From: Eledone cirrhosa
Lineage: Eukaryota
NCBI GenBank assembly: GCA_964016885.1
Contig: OZ024741.1
Location: 358,794,001 to 358,858,000, forward strand
Direction of reading: 5' to 3'
Length of the DNA stretch: 64,000 bases
In this document: positions 61,223-64,000 of the stretch, in pieces
Position numbering within the stretch: position 1 is the first letter of the stretch
Layout: the number at the start of each line of letters is the position of its first letter
Notes under the pieces: generated by a model
The model's input: the letters and a program-made list of their open reading frames with translations, nothing else
Database searches by the model: none
What the model was told of the DNA's origin: nothing
Position numbers and translations under genes: made by a program

Positions 61223-62081
61223 TCACAACTAACCATGAGTTTGCTTCCTCAAGGGCACAAACCTGGGCAAGATTTTTTTGTGGAAGACCAGCAGTCACCC
61301 ATGCATGCATCTCCTTTCTCCACTCCACCAATGTTGGCAAAGGAAAAAGCAAAGGATAATATAGCTTGGCAACATTTTTTAGCACTAATCTTTTTCCAGC
61401 TGAGTGAATTAGAACCATGTACAATAAAGTTTTTTGCTCAAGGATACCATGTGTCACCCACTTATGGAATCAAACCCATGCACAACCTTACAATCACATG
61501 CCCAGCAGCCTAAACAATAAGCCACATGACTTTACACAGTAAATTGATGTTTGTTTAAGTTTGTAATTGTCATGAGAATAGGAATGTGATGGTGGGGATG
61601 TAAAGGGGTTATTTTGTCATATATTTATATACAGAGGGAGAAAGAGAGAAAAGAAAACATTTTATATTGAAATCTTTTCTATCTTTCTCATAGAGTCAAT
61701 CCCCAAATGTCAAATTCCTTTCCTCCCCACAGCATATCAAATTATCAAAACTCACTAGAACTTCATCCTATCACAATGATGGATCCTTCTTCAGTTTCAA
61801 TGATGGGCATACAGTTGTTCAATCAACCAATCATCCAACTCGTGAAATATAAGTGGTTGAGTATTCCACCAATATGTATGGAGTGAACTTCTTAACCACA
61901 CAGCCATTACAAAAATTAAAGTACCTATAAGATAAGTGTCTGTATAGTACTTATTTACAACTGTTTTTTCCAAGTCACAGCATCTATTTATGTAATTAGG
62001 TAATCACAATTTGATAGTCAACTTTTCTGTCATTCTCATTCTCTCCTGCCTCACCTCACTGTCTCTCTCATTCACTTTCAT

Positions 62082-62410
62082 CAGTGTATTTCATCAAATC
62101 ATGCCACCCAACCCTCTTCCTGTTGAGGAACTACTTTGCCATGCCAAAGCTCCTCTATACCCTCAGTGTATTTCATCAAATCATGCCACCCAACCCTCTT
62201 CCTGTTGAGGAACTACTTTGCCATGCCAAAGCTCCTCTATACCCTCAGTGTATTTCATCAAATCATGCCACCCAACCCTCTTCCTGTTGAGGAACTACTT
62301 TGCCATACCAAAGCTACTCTATATCCTCAGTGTATTTCATCAAATCATGCCACCCAGCCCTCTTCCTGTTGAGGAACTACTTTGCTATGCCAAAGCTCCT
62401 CTATACCCTT
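62082..62410. repeat. 82-bp tandem repeat, 4 copies
   Basis: Starts at 62082, 62164, 62246, 62328. Confidence 0.95.
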
Positions 62411-63560
62411 CGCAGCACTCCTGTGCTACAGCCACGCATCTCTCCTCACTGACCTTGACACCTGTATCCAAGCGGCAGCTGAAGAGATATGCAACGTCAA
62501 CCTGACGACATTGGATGGAAACAGGCCACCTTATCTGTTAGATATGGTGGCCTTGGCCTTCAGACCCCGATCTCGCTGGCTTTGTCGGCGTTTCTTTTGT
62601 CGGTAACCTCATGCCACAGCCTTGTCAGCAGGGTTCTCCAAAACACAATGGAACCCTCTGTGATCGAGGAACATGAGGCCTCCTGCGAGACATGGCACCA
62701 GCTGGAACTTAGCCCAGTAGTGTCCCTCCTCCTTCTCCCTCTGCTGACGTCAAGTCCCCCCAAAGCATTTGGGATGCCATCCAGTGCACCGCCTTGCCTG
62801 TTTCGCATGGCCTCCAAACCCCACAGTGGTGCCTGGCTCCATGCCTTACCCTCCTTCTCCACTGGCATGCAGCTGGACAACAATAGCCTGCGCATCAGCA
62901 TTTCCCTGAGGCTTGGCCTCCGGATCTGCAAGCCACGCAGATGTCGCTGAGGATCCACCATGGACTCTTTCAGTCTCCACCCGCTTTCCTGTCGCTACAG
63001 TGCTGGCCGTCTTCCACGCCATGCTGCCCTCAACAAGGTCATAAAGCATGGCTTGGATGCTGCAGGCTTCCCCTCCTAGCTCGAGCCGGTGGGGCTGGAA
63101 CGCGGGGACGGCAAAAGGCCAGACGGTATGACCATCTTCCCATTCCATGGTGGCAAACCCCTCGTCAGAGATGCCACTTGCAGTGACACTTTCTCCAGCC
63201 GCAACCTGGTGCAGTCTGCGATTAACCCAGGTTCTGCTGCACTTCAAGCTGAGGAGGCCAAACTCTCCAAGCACTGGTCGCTCTCCGACAGGTTTACAGT
63301 CATGCCCTTGGCAGTGGAGACTTCTGGTGTCCTTAGCCCTAGAGCTACCTCCCTACACACCACCATAGGCACTGAGCTGGCCAGCCGCAGGTATGAGTCT
63401 CGCGAGATGGAATGGCTCTTCCAGCGCATCTCCCTTACCATCTTCCAGGGAAATGCCTTCTCCATTCTGTCCGCTGGGGCTGTGGGGCAGCCAGCACGTG
63501 GGACCCCATTTGCTCACTATACAGAGAGATGGGGAGGGCGAGAGAGATGGAGGCAATGAC
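62082..63560 (+). mobile_element. CRE-clade RLE non-LTR retrotransposon, 5'-truncated
   Basis: WKQATL..RYGGLG, SGAWL.ALP, LRLG, RH..LN, GKRPDG.T.FP, PLAVETSG, QRIS..IFQGNA. Confidence 0.85.
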
Positions 63561-64000
63561 GGTGGGAGTTCGGCTCTTCCATGTTCGAACACATTGCACT
63601 TGTCAAGAGAGTATTTGAATTATTTATGCATCTGATTTATTTTAACGTTTACCCTGCATCACTAGCATTTATATTTCCTAGTTTTGTGTAGTTCAAACTC
63701 TCTTTTAATCAGACCTTTATTTATTTGCTTTCCCCACCCAAACACACATGTACACTCCCTCTCAATGTTATTTCAGTTCATCTTTAATTCTCTCAGTTCA
63801 TCTTTAATTCTGACCTAACTTGTATCACAATGGGACAACTTGTCTAACCCATGTTAGCATGGAAAAATGGATGTTAAACGATGATGATGATGATGATGGT
63901 GATATATACATATATATTTATATATATGTATATATATATATAACACAGTAAAGAGAGATGAACACAGATATATATGCGATATATATGCGTTCAAATCACA

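Overview
AT-rich, repeat-dense animal genomic DNA. The SINE/RTE/microsatellite content suggests an octopod cephalopod; this is inference, not a database match. One host gene is reconstructable by hand on the minus strand: an equilibrative nucleoside transporter (SLC29/ENT family). It has 12 phase-consistent GT-AG coding exons from ATG 40889 down to 1666 (1199 nt, ~399 aa, TM1-TM10). The last (TM11) exon was not found and probably lies left of the window; a candidate 5'UTR exon sits near 60.1 kb. The introns and upstream region hold a young Naiad-type Penelope-like element, other Penelope relics, two near-full-length RTE LINEs, a Dong/R4-like element in (TAA)n, a CRE-like element, mariner/piggyBac/hAT relics, Helentron-like elements and tRNA-derived SINEs. 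Points of interest: at least four distinct hammerhead-ribozyme motif families; four tandem arrays whose transposon origin is visible in the window; several long intronic fold-backs; and an ENT with an N-terminal acidic dileucine motif and altered ligand-site residues. No clearly novel protein system was found. Most short ORFs in the track are low-complexity or antisense artefacts.
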